From: an uncultured bacterium
Lineage (GTDB): Bacteria > Auribacterota > JACPWU01
Direction of reading: 5' to 3'
Assembly (NCBI GenBank): GCA_964640155.1
Contig: CAZXEQ010000002.1
Coordinates: 450,001 to 482,000 of the forward strand
Length of the DNA stretch: 32,000 bases
Shown here: positions 17,211 through 25,459 of the stretch, one piece after another
Numbering within the stretch: the stretch's first letter is position 1
Layout: every line of letters starts with the position of its first letter
Position numbers and translations under genes: made by a program
Notes under the pieces: model-generated
What the model was told of the DNA's origin: nothing
What the model saw: only the letters and a program-made list of their open reading frames with translations
Databases searched by the model: none

Positions 17211-18118
17211 TCTTTTTGTGAGTTAGTTTTAGCCTTATAAATGTCAAGAATCTCATGATAAGGATGTTGAATAGAAGTACAATTGTCATAGAGACGCTTG
17301 GCATATTTCCCCCAGGTCAGGAAAATAGCCGGATTGAGAGTGTGAGACTTTGTAGAGAGGTCCTCAAAATTTCCATGATCGCTGATTAAAAGAACGGTTG
17401 TTTCTAAAAGATTCATTTCAGAAAGAAAACTGATCAGAAATTCTTCTAATTTATTCAGTTCAGATTTAGCCCGATTCATATCTTGGGCATGACCAATAAA
17501 ATCGGTCAGAAAAAATTCGAATAAAACAAAATCATTTTGAGTAGAACTTTGAGCTAGAATTTCCCCAGATTGGGAAGGTGTAAAAAGAGGGGCTTCAAAT
17601 CCTTGATCTATAAAAACTTGATTGGTCAAATCATGGCATATTGAAATCCTATCAAAGAGATCTTTCTGAGCATGAAAATTAATCCCAGCTGCAAGAGTCG
17701 TAATCGTAGAGCAAGAAACTCTTCTGAATCTTTCTTCGATGGGTTTGTCGAAAAAAATAGGACGATAGGTGTTTAGAAAGTCGACGGTGTATCCTTGCTC
17801 TTTAAGTTTTTTAAGAATAGAGCGTTCAAGTAAAATTTCTCGAAGTTTTGTGTTTGGAAATCCATTCAGATGATATCCAAGGGTTTGAGCTGCATTAACC
17901 CCTGCAAAGATAGCTGTTTGTCCTGTTGCACTTTGTGGAAGGCCCTGGATTCCTAAGCAGGCATTTAATCCCTTAAACAGGCCATTAAAGGGAAGAGGAT
18001 GGGCTCTTTTTTCATTAGAAAAAATATTAAAAAATTCTTTGCTCTGAACGCAAGGGTTAAACAGAGGATTTTTTAACCCGATTCCTAAGCCATCGACAAA
18101 AATCATGACAAATTTCAT
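17198..18118 (-). CDS. Alkaline-phosphatase-superfamily metalloenzyme (cofactor-independent phosphoglycerate mutase/phosphopentomutase-like)
   Basis: 306-aa ORF with metal and nucleophile motifs in the expected order: FVDGLGIG, PQSATGQTAIFAG, DFIGH, ISDHGN. Confidence 0.65.
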   Translation of the reverse strand: MKFVMIFVDGLGIGLKNPLFNPCVQSKEFFNIFSNEKRAHPLPFNGLFKGLNACLGIQGLPQSATGQTAIFAGVNAAQTLGYHLNGFPNTKLREILLERSILKKLKEQGYTVDFLNTYRPIFFDKPIEERFRRVSCSTITTLAAGINFHAQKDLFDRISICHDLTNQVFIDQGFEAPLFTPSQSGEILAQSSTQNDFVLFEFFLTDFIGHAQDMNRAKSELNKLEEFLISFLSEMNLLETTVLLISDHGNFEDLSTKSHTLNPAIFLTWGKYAKRLYDNCTSIQHPYHEILDIYKAKTNSQKEDSV

Positions 18119-18246
18119 GAAAATCTCCTTAACATCCTATCTGCCTGAGTGTTAACTATACTAGGGGGATTCAGGGATTACAATGAATCCATGCTCCGGA
18201 AAAAGAAGCAAAGCATGAAGTATTTCCTAAAAGAATAAAATTATTT

Positions 18247-18275
18247 TGACATTCAAATCATGGAATGGTATAGTT
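18247..18275 (+). promoter_or_regulatory. Near-consensus promoter TTGACA-17 nt-TATAGT for the csp transcript
   Basis: -35 at 18247-18252 and -10 at 18270-18275. This predicts a leader of about 175 nt. Confidence 0.55.
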
Positions 18276-18379
18276 AACCAGATTTGAGATTTATTTTTAA
18301 GGAGCAGACTGCTTAAGAGTCTTTTAAGCGGCTGAAGAATAGTTTGAAGAGTAATGTATTTTACAAAAATTTTTTGTTT

Positions 18380-18423
18380 AAACCGCATGGATCTATATCG
18401 ATGGGATCTAGTGCGGTTTTTTT
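18380..18423 (+). terminator. Intrinsic-terminator-like hairpin plus U7 inside the csp 5' leader (candidate attenuator)
   Basis: AAACCGCATGGATC-loop-GATCTAGTGCGGTTTTTTT, about 12 bp with one bulge and one G-U. It lies 36 nt upstream of the GTG start. Confidence 0.5.
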
Positions 18424-18458
18424 ATGATTAATCATCGAGATAATCAAGGAGGTTTCAA

Positions 18459-18665
18459 GTGGCTCGTGGTAAAGTAAAATGGTTTAGCGACAAGAAGGGT
18501 TTTGGTTTTATTGCGAAAGATGATGGAGGAGATGTTTTCGTTCATCATTCTGCAATTCAAGGTGCAGGCTTTAAGACATTAGCTGAAGGCCAAGAAGTCG
18601 AATTTGAAGTTGTCGACGGAGAAAAAGGTCTTCAAGCTCGTAACGTCGTTAAAGTCGGAAAATAG
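18459..18665 (+). CDS. csp: Cold-shock domain protein (CspA family)
   Basis: 68 aa with a GTG start and AAGGAGG 6 nt upstream. RNP1/RNP2 motifs are KGFGFI and VFVHHS. Confidence 0.9.
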   Translation: MARGKVKWFSDKKGFGFIAKDDGGDVFVHHSAIQGAGFKTLAEGQEVEFEVVDGEKGLQARNVVKVGK

Positions 18666-18685
18666 TAGTATCTATTTTCTTTAAG

Positions 18686-18746
18686 AAAAGGCCTGTTGTG
18701 CCAGCCCGATTTTCAAAATTTGGGTTTGTGCCAATAGGCCTTTTTT
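18686..18746 (+). terminator. Intrinsic terminator after csp
   Basis: Long composite hairpin AAAAGGCCTGTTG...CAATAGGCCTTTT with an inner CCCGATTTT/AAATTTGGG helix, followed by T6. Confidence 0.6.
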
Positions 18747-18798
18747 GTCAACATTCATATCTATTTGGATCTAATATTTTTTAGAAAAAGAGGTTTTT

Positions 18799-20586
18799 AT
18801 GCCAGGTGTAACTATTCAGGAAACAAGGCAAGGAATTACACAAAATAAACATGTTTTGGGCTGGGTTAATGAAATGGCCAAGTTGTGTAAGCCTGATCGC
18901 ATTTATTGGTGTGATGGCTCTGAGAGCGAAAATAAAAATCTTCTTCAGGAAGCGTTACGTATCGGAGATTTAGAAGAACTCAATCAAAAAAAACTTCCTG
19001 GATGTTACCTTCATCGTTCTGCCTTGAATGATGTTGCAAGAACCGAAGAGCTTACCTTTATTTGTACTCAAAAAAAAGAAGATGTTGGCCCCACCAATAA
19101 TTGGATGAGTCCTCAAGAGGCGTATCAAAAATTAAGTGATGTTTTTGATGGCTCTATGAAAGGGCGTACAATGTTCGTTGTTCCTTTTATCATGGGCCCG
19201 GTGGGTTCGCCTTTTAGCAAGATTGGCATTCAGATTACAGACAGTGTGTATGTGGTTTTGAATATGCGTATTATGACGCGTATGGGACAAGTGGCTTTAA
19301 ATGAGTTAGATGAAAAAAATGATTTCACGCGTTGTCTTCATGGTAAGGCCGATTTAGATATGAAGCATCGCTTCATTTGTCATTTCCCAGAAGATAATAC
19401 GATTTGGAGTGTGGGCTCAGGTTATGGTGGGAATGCCCTTTTAGGGAAGAAATGTTTGGCGCTTCGTATAGGAAGCTCTCTGGGGCGCCAACAAGGATGG
19501 TTGGCTGAGCATATGCTGATTTCAGGGATAGAAAACCCTCAGGGAGAAATTACTTATATTGCAGCTGCTTTCCCAAGTCAATGTGGTAAGACAAATTTAG
19601 CCATGATGGTTCCTCCCGAGTCTCTCAAAGGTTATAAAGTTTGGACAGTAGGAGATGATATTGCTTGGCTCAATGTAGGGCCGGATGGTCGTTTATGGGC
19701 CATTAATCCAGAAGCTGGATTTTTTGGTGTGGCCCCTGGAACGAACAGTAAATCTAATCCCAATGCACTCGCTACTATTCAGAAAAATACCATTTATACC
19801 AATGTTCTCAAAAGAAAAGATGGAACAGTGTGGTGGGAAGGTTTGGATGGAGAAGTCCCCAGCGAAGGGATTGATTGGAAAGGAGAAGAGTGGACTCCTA
19901 AAAAAGGTGAAAAAGGAGCTCACCCAAATAGTCGTTTTACAGCTCCAGCTTTTCAATGCCCATCGATTAGTCCTGAATGGCAGAATCCAAAAGGAGTTCC
20001 TATCAGTGCAATTATTTTTGGAGGACGCCGTTCGAAGCTAGCACCTCTTGTATATGAATCATTGAATTGGGCTCATGGCGTTTTTTTGGGAGCAACGATG
20101 GCTTCTGAGACAACAGCAGCAGCAACTGGAAAGGTCGGCATCATACGACATGATCCTATGGCTATGCTTCCATTTTGTGGATATAACATGGGGGATTATT
20201 TTGGGCACTGGCTCAACATGGGATCCAGGCTGAAGCATCCTCCTAAAATTTTTCATGTGAATTGGTTTCGTACAGATGCTCAAGGGAAATTGATGTGGCC
20301 AGGATTTGGTGAGAATTTGCGTGTTATTCTTTGGATGTTGGAGAGATGTAAGGAAAAAACAAAAGGCATGCTTTCTCCCATTGGGTATCTTCCAGCAGTT
20401 GATGGCATTGATATTTCAGGATTGAATATTACTTTGGGAATTTTAAAAGATTTATTGAATATTAATGTTCAAGATTGGAAAGAAGAATTGAAAGATATTC
20501 GAACTTTTTTCGAAAAATTTGCAGACCATCTTCCAAACGCGTTGTGGGAAGAATATGAAGCTCTCGAAAAAAGATTATCTGAATAA
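18799..20586 (+). CDS. pckG: Phosphoenolpyruvate carboxykinase (GTP)
   Basis: 595-aa ORF with GSGYGGNALLGKKC, the kinase-1a motif FPSQCGKTNLAM, GDDIAWL and NWFR. Confidence 0.92.
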   Translation: MPGVTIQETRQGITQNKHVLGWVNEMAKLCKPDRIYWCDGSESENKNLLQEALRIGDLEELNQKKLPGCYLHRSALNDVARTEELTFICTQKKEDVGPTNNWMSPQEAYQKLSDVFDGSMKGRTMFVVPFIMGPVGSPFSKIGIQITDSVYVVLNMRIMTRMGQVALNELDEKNDFTRCLHGKADLDMKHRFICHFPEDNTIWSVGSGYGGNALLGKKCLALRIGSSLGRQQGWLAEHMLISGIENPQGEITYIAAAFPSQCGKTNLAMMVPPESLKGYKVWTVGDDIAWLNVGPDGRLWAINPEAGFFGVAPGTNSKSNPNALATIQKNTIYTNVLKRKDGTVWWEGLDGEVPSEGIDWKGEEWTPKKGEKGAHPNSRFTAPAFQCPSISPEWQNPKGVPISAIIFGGRRSKLAPLVYESLNWAHGVFLGATMASETTAAATGKVGIIRHDPMAMLPFCGYNMGDYFGHWLNMGSRLKHPPKIFHVNWFRTDAQGKLMWPGFGENLRVILWMLERCKEKTKGMLSPIGYLPAVDGIDISGLNITLGILKDLLNINVQDWKEELKDIRTFFEKFADHLPNALWEEYEALEKRLSE

Positions 20587-20634
20587 TGAGCCCTTCACTT
20601 TTTATTCTTTTTTTTTGCTATCATTATCTTATCT

Positions 20635-21276
20635 ATGAAACCCTCTTCTTCTGAAAAACGATACGCTATCGTTGGAATGTTTCTTGTAGTTTTTCTGATA
20701 GGGATTGTTTTTGTTTTAAAATCTTTCCAACCTCATCATGTCGTTCCTTTAGAAGGAGGAAAAGTCAAAGGTCCGATTAACGCTCCTGTTTGGATTCAAG
20801 AATTCAGTGATTTTCAATGCCCTTCTTGCCAGAAAGCCACTCAAATGGCTCATGAGATTTTTGATAAATATCCTGGAAAAATTCGTTTGATTTTTTATCA
20901 TTTCCCTTTGATGAGAATGCATCCTTGGGCCAATCTTGCCCATCAATGTGCAGAATGCGCTTTTATTCAAGGGAAGTTCTGGCCTTATCACGATATTTTG
21001 TATGGGAAGCAATCTGACTGGGTGAGTCAGTCTAATCCTAAAGAAACATTGGTTCAATATGCTATCTCTTTGGGGATGAATGAAGCAAGCTTTCGCCAAT
21101 GTGTTGATACAGGCCAAGGTGGGATTCAAGTGATGGGAGATATGCAGCGAGGGCAGTTTCAGCAAGTTGACTCGACTCCTACTTTTTTTGTGAATGGAAA
21201 GAGGATTTTGGGTGGAGTGACTTTTCAACAAGAGTTGGAGAAAACCATTCAACAGGAATTAGGAAAAAGGTCATGA
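20635..21276 (+). CDS. DsbA-family thiol:disulfide oxidoreductase, membrane-anchored
   Basis: 213-aa ORF with an N-terminal TM segment, the thioredoxin-fold active site CPSC and a conserved TPTFFVNG. Confidence 0.8.
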   Translation: MKPSSSEKRYAIVGMFLVVFLIGIVFVLKSFQPHHVVPLEGGKVKGPINAPVWIQEFSDFQCPSCQKATQMAHEIFDKYPGKIRLIFYHFPLMRMHPWANLAHQCAECAFIQGKFWPYHDILYGKQSDWVSQSNPKETLVQYAISLGMNEASFRQCVDTGQGGIQVMGDMQRGQFQQVDSTPTFFVNGKRILGGVTFQQELEKTIQQELGKRS

Positions 21277-21785
21277 TAAGTTTATTAGCATTCACAGCTA
21301 GAGTAATGGTAGGTTTTGTTTTTGCTTACGCCGGTTTAAGTAAGCTTTTAGAACCTGTTGAAAATTTTCAAGCTATTTTAAGCAATTACGCATTGATTCC
21401 TTCTTTTTTTGAGCCGATGATTGCACGGGTCTTACCATGGATGGAATGGATTGGAGGAAGTTTTTTAATTTTAGGGTATGCCCCTCGAAAAACTTCTTTT
21501 TTGTTGGCTTGTGTGAGTTTTACTTTTTTTATTTCTTTAACTGCTAATTTCGTTTTGAGAGGAAGTTTGATTCGAGATTGTGGATGCTTTGGCGCAAGAG
21601 GTTTGCACTTAAGCTCAATTCAGATGCTCGCGATTGATGTTTTTAATCTTATGATTTTGACGACACTTATTTTTATTAAAAAATTTCCTTTTAGTGTAGA
21701 TCAGTGGTTAAAGAAGGGGGTAGATCATCAATCTTCTACAGAAGAGAAACATTATCAGAAAATGAAGAAACATTCGAAAAAATAA
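21273..21785 (+). CDS. DoxX/MauE-like integral membrane protein
   Basis: 170-aa ORF with four hydrophobic segments and a CGCFG motif. An ATGA overlap links it to the DsbA-like gene. Confidence 0.6.
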   Translation: MISLLAFTARVMVGFVFAYAGLSKLLEPVENFQAILSNYALIPSFFEPMIARVLPWMEWIGGSFLILGYAPRKTSFLLACVSFTFFISLTANFVLRGSLIRDCGCFGARGLHLSSIQMLAIDVFNLMILTTLIFIKKFPFSVDQWLKKGVDHQSSTEEKHYQKMKKHSKK

Positions 21786-21823
21786 TCCCTATACACAATC
21801 TCTTGTCCACGAACCCCAAATAT

Positions 21824-22027
21824 TTATCCCCCTGAAACAGCTCGAACAAGTTCCAAAGAATCTCCATCTGAAAGGAGAATTTCTGTATATTCTTTTTTGG
21901 TCAATGCTTTCCCGTTGAGTTCAGCAACAACCCATTTGGAATCAAGGCCCAGTTGTTGAATAAGAGCGTCAATGGTCTGACTTGTTTTGATTTCCATTTT
22001 TTCTCCATTGACAGAGATTCTAGGCAT
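21824..22027 (-). CDS. thiS: Sulfur-carrier protein ThiS
   Basis: The track ORF extends to 22063. ATG at 22027 gives MPRISVNGEKMEI...DGDSLELVRAVSGG, the ThiS length with a C-terminal GG. It overlaps the thiH stop by 8 nt. Confidence 0.8.
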   Translation of the reverse strand: MPRISVNGEKMEIKTSQTIDALIQQLGLDSKWVVAELNGKALTKKEYTEILLSDGDSLELVRAVSGG

Positions 22028-23132
22028 TGAGCGTTGCCTCCCAATCCTTCCAAACAGGTTCATACCCTGATTTATAAATCACTTGAGCAATTTCTTCGGG
22101 GGTGCGTTTGTCTTCGATTTGAAATTGTTCTTCAGCCCCTTTTGGGTTTTCATAACCACCAGGCTCTGTTCGAGAACCTGCGCTCATTTGTGTAATTCCA
22201 AGACGCATGAGTCCATCACGTAAAGCAGGTTCTTCACGTGTTGAAAGAACTAAGCCAATATCTGGGAAAGTTAATCGAAGGGCACAAATCAATTGTGTAA
22301 ATTCTCTGTCTGAAATGGAATATTTTGGGGAAAATTCTCCCGCAGCTTCTCGAATGCGAGGAAGACTGATGGTGAGCATGGTTTTCCAGCAATTCTTAAG
22401 TAAATATTGTGCATGGGCAGCCAAACAAAGCGCATCTTTTCTCCAATCAGATAACCCCAAAAGAATTCCAATGCCAATGCGTTTCATTCCTGCAGCGGCA
22501 GCTCTTTCAGGTGTTTCAAGCCGCCATTCATAATTTTTCTTTTTACCTGCGAGATGAACTTCGGCGTATTCTTGCTTTTGATAAGTTTCTTGATAAACCA
22601 CTAATCCCTCAGCGCCAGACTCCACCCACATTTTATAAACAGCTTCTGTTTGAGGAGCAAGCTCTAGAGAAATAGAAGGGATTTCCTTGTGTAAAAGTTG
22701 AATCACTTCAGCGACATATTCAGGAGGTGTATGACGCGGGTGTTCTCCTGAAACAAGTAGCAAATGACGAAATCCTTTCTTGAGAAGAATACGTGCTTCC
22801 ATTAATACTTGTTGAGGGGTTAAGGTAAGACGAGCAATTTTATTTTCTCGACTGAAACCGCAATAAGTACAAGTATCAACACATTCATTTGAAAGATAAA
22901 GGGGAGCATAAAGTTGAATGACTCGGCCAAATCGTTGTAGAGTGAGTTGATGAGAGGCATGAGCTATTTTTTCTAAATGAAAAGAAGCTCGAGGAGAAAT
23001 GAGTACGGAAAAATCTTCTAAGTTTCTTTGTGATTTTTGAAGACTGCGAGTGACAGCTTCATCATTGGCAGATAAAGAACGTTCTTGAAGAAGTGATAAG
23101 GGAATACGTTCGAGTTCTTGGGTAAAGCTCAT
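22020..23132 (-). CDS. thiH: 2-iminoacetate synthase ThiH (radical SAM tyrosine lyase)
   Basis: 370-aa ORF with the radical-SAM cluster motif CVDTCTYCGF. It lies between thiG and thiS. Confidence 0.85.
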   Translation of the reverse strand: MSFTQELERIPLSLLQERSLSANDEAVTRSLQKSQRNLEDFSVLISPRASFHLEKIAHASHQLTLQRFGRVIQLYAPLYLSNECVDTCTYCGFSRENKIARLTLTPQQVLMEARILLKKGFRHLLLVSGEHPRHTPPEYVAEVIQLLHKEIPSISLELAPQTEAVYKMWVESGAEGLVVYQETYQKQEYAEVHLAGKKKNYEWRLETPERAAAAGMKRIGIGILLGLSDWRKDALCLAAHAQYLLKNCWKTMLTISLPRIREAAGEFSPKYSISDREFTQLICALRLTFPDIGLVLSTREEPALRDGLMRLGITQMSAGSRTEPGGYENPKGAEEQFQIEDKRTPEEIAQVIYKSGYEPVWKDWEATLNA

Positions 23133-23134
23133 GT

Positions 23135-23917
23135 TTATACTCTTTCAAGAAATCCTGTCAAGGGACTAGAGGCTTGAGCAATGACTTGGGTGGATGCAAG
23201 GCCAGATTCATAAGCGAGTCTACCGGCTTCAACTCCTAATTTAAAAGCTTTTGCCATTTGAATAGGATCTTGCGCAGTTGCAATGGCAGTATTAATGAGG
23301 ACTGCATCGGCTCCCATTTCCATTGCTTCGGCGGCGTCGGAAGGAGCGCCTAATCCGGCATCGATAACGACAGGAACAATGGCTTGTTCAATGATGATTT
23401 GAAGTGCTTCTTTTGTTTTAATCCCTTGATTGGATCCAATCGGAGATCCTAAAGGCATGACAGTGGCTGTTCCTACTTCGGCTAATCTTTTCGCTAGAAT
23501 GGGATCTGCATTGATATAAGGAAGGACAATAAATCCTTCTTTGACTAAAATTTCAGCTGCTTTGAGCGTTTCAATGGGGTCAGGTAAAAGATAGCGAGGA
23601 TCGGGTGTAACTTCGAGTTTAATCCAATTTGAAATTTCTGCAGTACGAGCTAAACGAGCAAGTCGAACAGCTTCTTCAGCTGTTTGTGCGCCTGAAGTAT
23701 TAGGAAGAAGCTGATATTTTTTCGAATCAATGAAATCTAAAATGTTTTCATGCGGTTTAGTTAAATCGACACGACGAAGGGCAACAGTGACCAGTTCAGT
23801 CCCTGAAGCTTCTAAGGCTTGAGACATGATTTTCCCAGAAGCAAATTTCCCAGTTCCAAGTAAAAGTCTAGAAGCAAAATTTTTTCCTGCAATGGTTAAG
23901 AGATGTTCAGAGCTCAT
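23135..23917 (-). CDS. thiG: Thiazole synthase ThiG
   Basis: 260-aa ORF with [13 protein letters not shown] (Schiff-base Lys), [13 protein letters not shown] and [21 protein letters not shown]. Confidence 0.92.
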   Translation of the reverse strand: MSSEHLLTIAGKNFASRLLLGTGKFASGKIMSQALEASGTELVTVALRRVDLTKPHENILDFIDSKKYQLLPNTSGAQTAEEAVRLARLARTAEISNWIKLEVTPDPRYLLPDPIETLKAAEILVKEGFIVLPYINADPILAKRLAEVGTATVMPLGSPIGSNQGIKTKEALQIIIEQAIVPVVIDAGLGAPSDAAEAMEMGADAVLINTAIATAQDPIQMAKAFKLGVEAGRLAYESGLASTQVIAQASSPLTGFLERV

Positions 23918-23940
23918 GAAGTCTATCCTTTAAAAGGCTT

Positions 23941-23969
23941 AATATACGCTTGAGTACAGGCATTGTCAA
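23941..23969 (-). promoter_or_regulatory. Putative promoter TTGACA-17 nt-TATATT for thiGHS
   Basis: On the minus strand: TTGACA (23964-23969), a 17-nt spacer and TATATT (23941-23946). Only about 15-20 nt of leader, containing AAAGGA, precedes the ATG at 23917. Confidence 0.5.
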
Positions 23970-24018
23970 TGTTGTGAGGAATAGAGTTTTATCCTGTCGA
24001 TAGACATATCATACATTT

Positions 24019-24444
24019 GAATTGTCCAATAGAGTGTTTATCAAGAAAGGGTCCTGCCCAACGAATCATGATTTACGATCTTCTCTCGTACGCATTCCAG
24101 CGACCGTAAAGAGATAATATTTAGTTTTCGTTTGTTAAAGCAGGAGATGAGTTTCGAAGAGGGGTGTCTTTTCCTTCGTTGCTTACACTCGCGTGCGATC
24201 GCTCATCATTAGGATTCGTTGGTCACCCTCATTTATTTTTATGAATTGTTCAACGGAGTGTGAAGACCATTGGAAATCGAGTGAGCGCGGACCCCGATTG
24301 ATCGGGGGAACGAGATTTCCGTTGAGTTAGTTTCCCTCGCAGGGGGAAACTAACGTGTCTGAACGCTCTGTTGGACGATTCATCCATACGAGACAGTCTA
24401 AGACGCTAGAGTGAGTGATGAAAGTTGTGCAGGACCCTTTTTCT
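24019..24444 (+). repeat. Composite GC-rich structured region built from family-1-like and family-2 repeat modules (possible large structured RNA or nested MITEs)
   Basis: Outer 12-bp inverted repeat AAAGGGTCCTGC (24046-24057) / GCAGGACCCTTT (24429-24440). It encloses a 165-nt hairpin domain (closing stem 24058-24072 / 24205-24222) and the family-2 element 24243-24381. No credible ORF is present. Confidence 0.6.
24243..24381 (+). repeat. Family-2 structured element, copy C
   Basis: 25-bp closing helix (24243-24267 / 24357-24381) around a core homologous to 28884-28982. Shared hairpins are CCCCGAT..ATCGGGG and GTTTCCC..GGGAAAC. Confidence 0.7.
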
Positions 24445-24458
24445 ATGAACAATGGTCA

Positions 24459-25235
24459 TTACTGGGTGTTCAGATCTACCCTTAAAGCCTTTTCAAATTC
24501 AAGGCGAACGGTGTTCGTAAGTTTATCAAATTCATTCATTTGAAAAACAGAAGTATCAATGGGGGGAAGCACTCGAAGAGAGCCAGAAACTTTGGCGCTG
24601 AAAATCCAATCTCCTTTGGGGATGGCGTCTCTTGTTCCTGTGATAACAATGGGAAGAATCGGTCTCTTCTCTTTGAGGGCCAACTTGAAAGCCCCATATT
24701 GGAAGAGATTCATTTCATTTGTATGGCTTCGTGTCCCTTCAGGAAAGAAGATGACAGACATGCCTGCTCTGAGATATTCTGCTGCTTCACGATAAATTTT
24801 CTTGATGCTTCCATAATTACCTCGTTCAAGTTGAATATGTTTGATGAGTCTTAAGCACCATCCAACCAGCGGGAGTTTAAAGAGATCGCTTTTGGCAACC
24901 CATTTAAACTGCATTTTTGTTTTGTATAGGACAATGATGTCGGCCAGGCTTTGATGATTTGCGACCACAACATAAGTTTCTTTGTGATCAATATTCTCGA
25001 GCCCTGTGACTTTTAGTTTCCAATAAGGATTTAATCTGATAATGGTGCTGGCCCACCAATAACATTGTTGGTGGGTTACTCTTTTTTGTTTGTCGAAGGG
25101 GCATAAAATGATGGTCAGAAAGAGTACAACAAGGAACAAAATGAATGTCGTAAGAACAAAAAGGGACCAAATAATAAGGGATAACAGTCCCTCTTTGAAT
25201 CTGGGTTTTCTTTTCCCTTCTACTTCAGTAGACAT
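24459..25235 (-). CDS. plsC: 1-acyl-sn-glycerol-3-phosphate acyltransferase
   Basis: 258-aa ORF with an N-terminal TM segment and the acyltransferase motifs NHQSLADI (HxxxxD) and FPEGTRS. Confidence 0.85.
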   Translation of the reverse strand: MSTEVEGKRKPRFKEGLLSLIIWSLFVLTTFILFLVVLFLTIILCPFDKQKRVTHQQCYWWASTIIRLNPYWKLKVTGLENIDHKETYVVVANHQSLADIIVLYKTKMQFKWVAKSDLFKLPLVGWCLRLIKHIQLERGNYGSIKKIYREAAEYLRAGMSVIFFPEGTRSHTNEMNLFQYGAFKLALKEKRPILPIVITGTRDAIPKGDWIFSAKVSGSLRVLPPIDTSVFQMNEFDKLTNTVRLEFEKALRVDLNTQ

Positions 25236-25459
25236 ATCGCTCTCTTTTCTGATCGATTAAGAAAATTCTTGCTAAGAATATATACTTTTCTTGTAAAAGA
25301 AGAGTATAATTATTTTATATGTTCTCCTTATTGAACTTTTTGTTCATGCAGTTTAGGGGGCTTTTTCAGTCAGGGGAGATCTTCCCATTTTTTCTTTTTT
25401 CTTCTTCTTGTCCTTTCCATTCTGATGTTCATTCTCAATTCCAAATCGGGAGGTAGGTT

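Noticed and set aside
20749-21252. 167-aa minus-strand ORF lying completely inside the DsbA-like gene.
   Set aside because: The plus-strand frame carries a TM anchor, a CPSC active site and thioredoxin-fold motifs, whereas the antisense product has no motifs and odd composition. This is a typical shadow ORF. The same reasoning applies to 1290-1574, 13536-13841, 19685-20041, 19693-19956, 22207-22533, 24540-24854 and other nested track ORFs.
24043-24060. RNase P RNA-like motif: AGAAAGGGTCCTGCCC versus the universal GGAAAGUCCGGGC.
   Set aside because: The match is only partial. The same motif recurs as an inverted repeat at 24429-24444 and inside both family-1 repeats. The other universally conserved RNase P blocks (GGUAAGAGC, ACAGAA-CCGGCUUA) are absent.
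24085-24112. TPP-riboswitch-like fragment: plus-strand GCATTCCAGCGACCG resembles the AUGCCAGCG element of the THI box.
   Set aside because: It is on the wrong strand for thiGHS. No CUGAGA or paired P2/P3 elements occur at the expected spacing. It lies upstream of the predicted thi promoter, within the repeat composite.
24019-24444. Whether the recurring modules here and at 611-745, 5127-5266 and 28865-29001 could be a CRISPR-like array or a retron/group II intron remnant.
   Set aside because: There are no regularly spaced direct repeats with unique spacers. No cas, reverse-transcriptase or maturase ORF is nearby, and no domain-V-like motif is present. The repeats are dispersed inverted-repeat hairpins.
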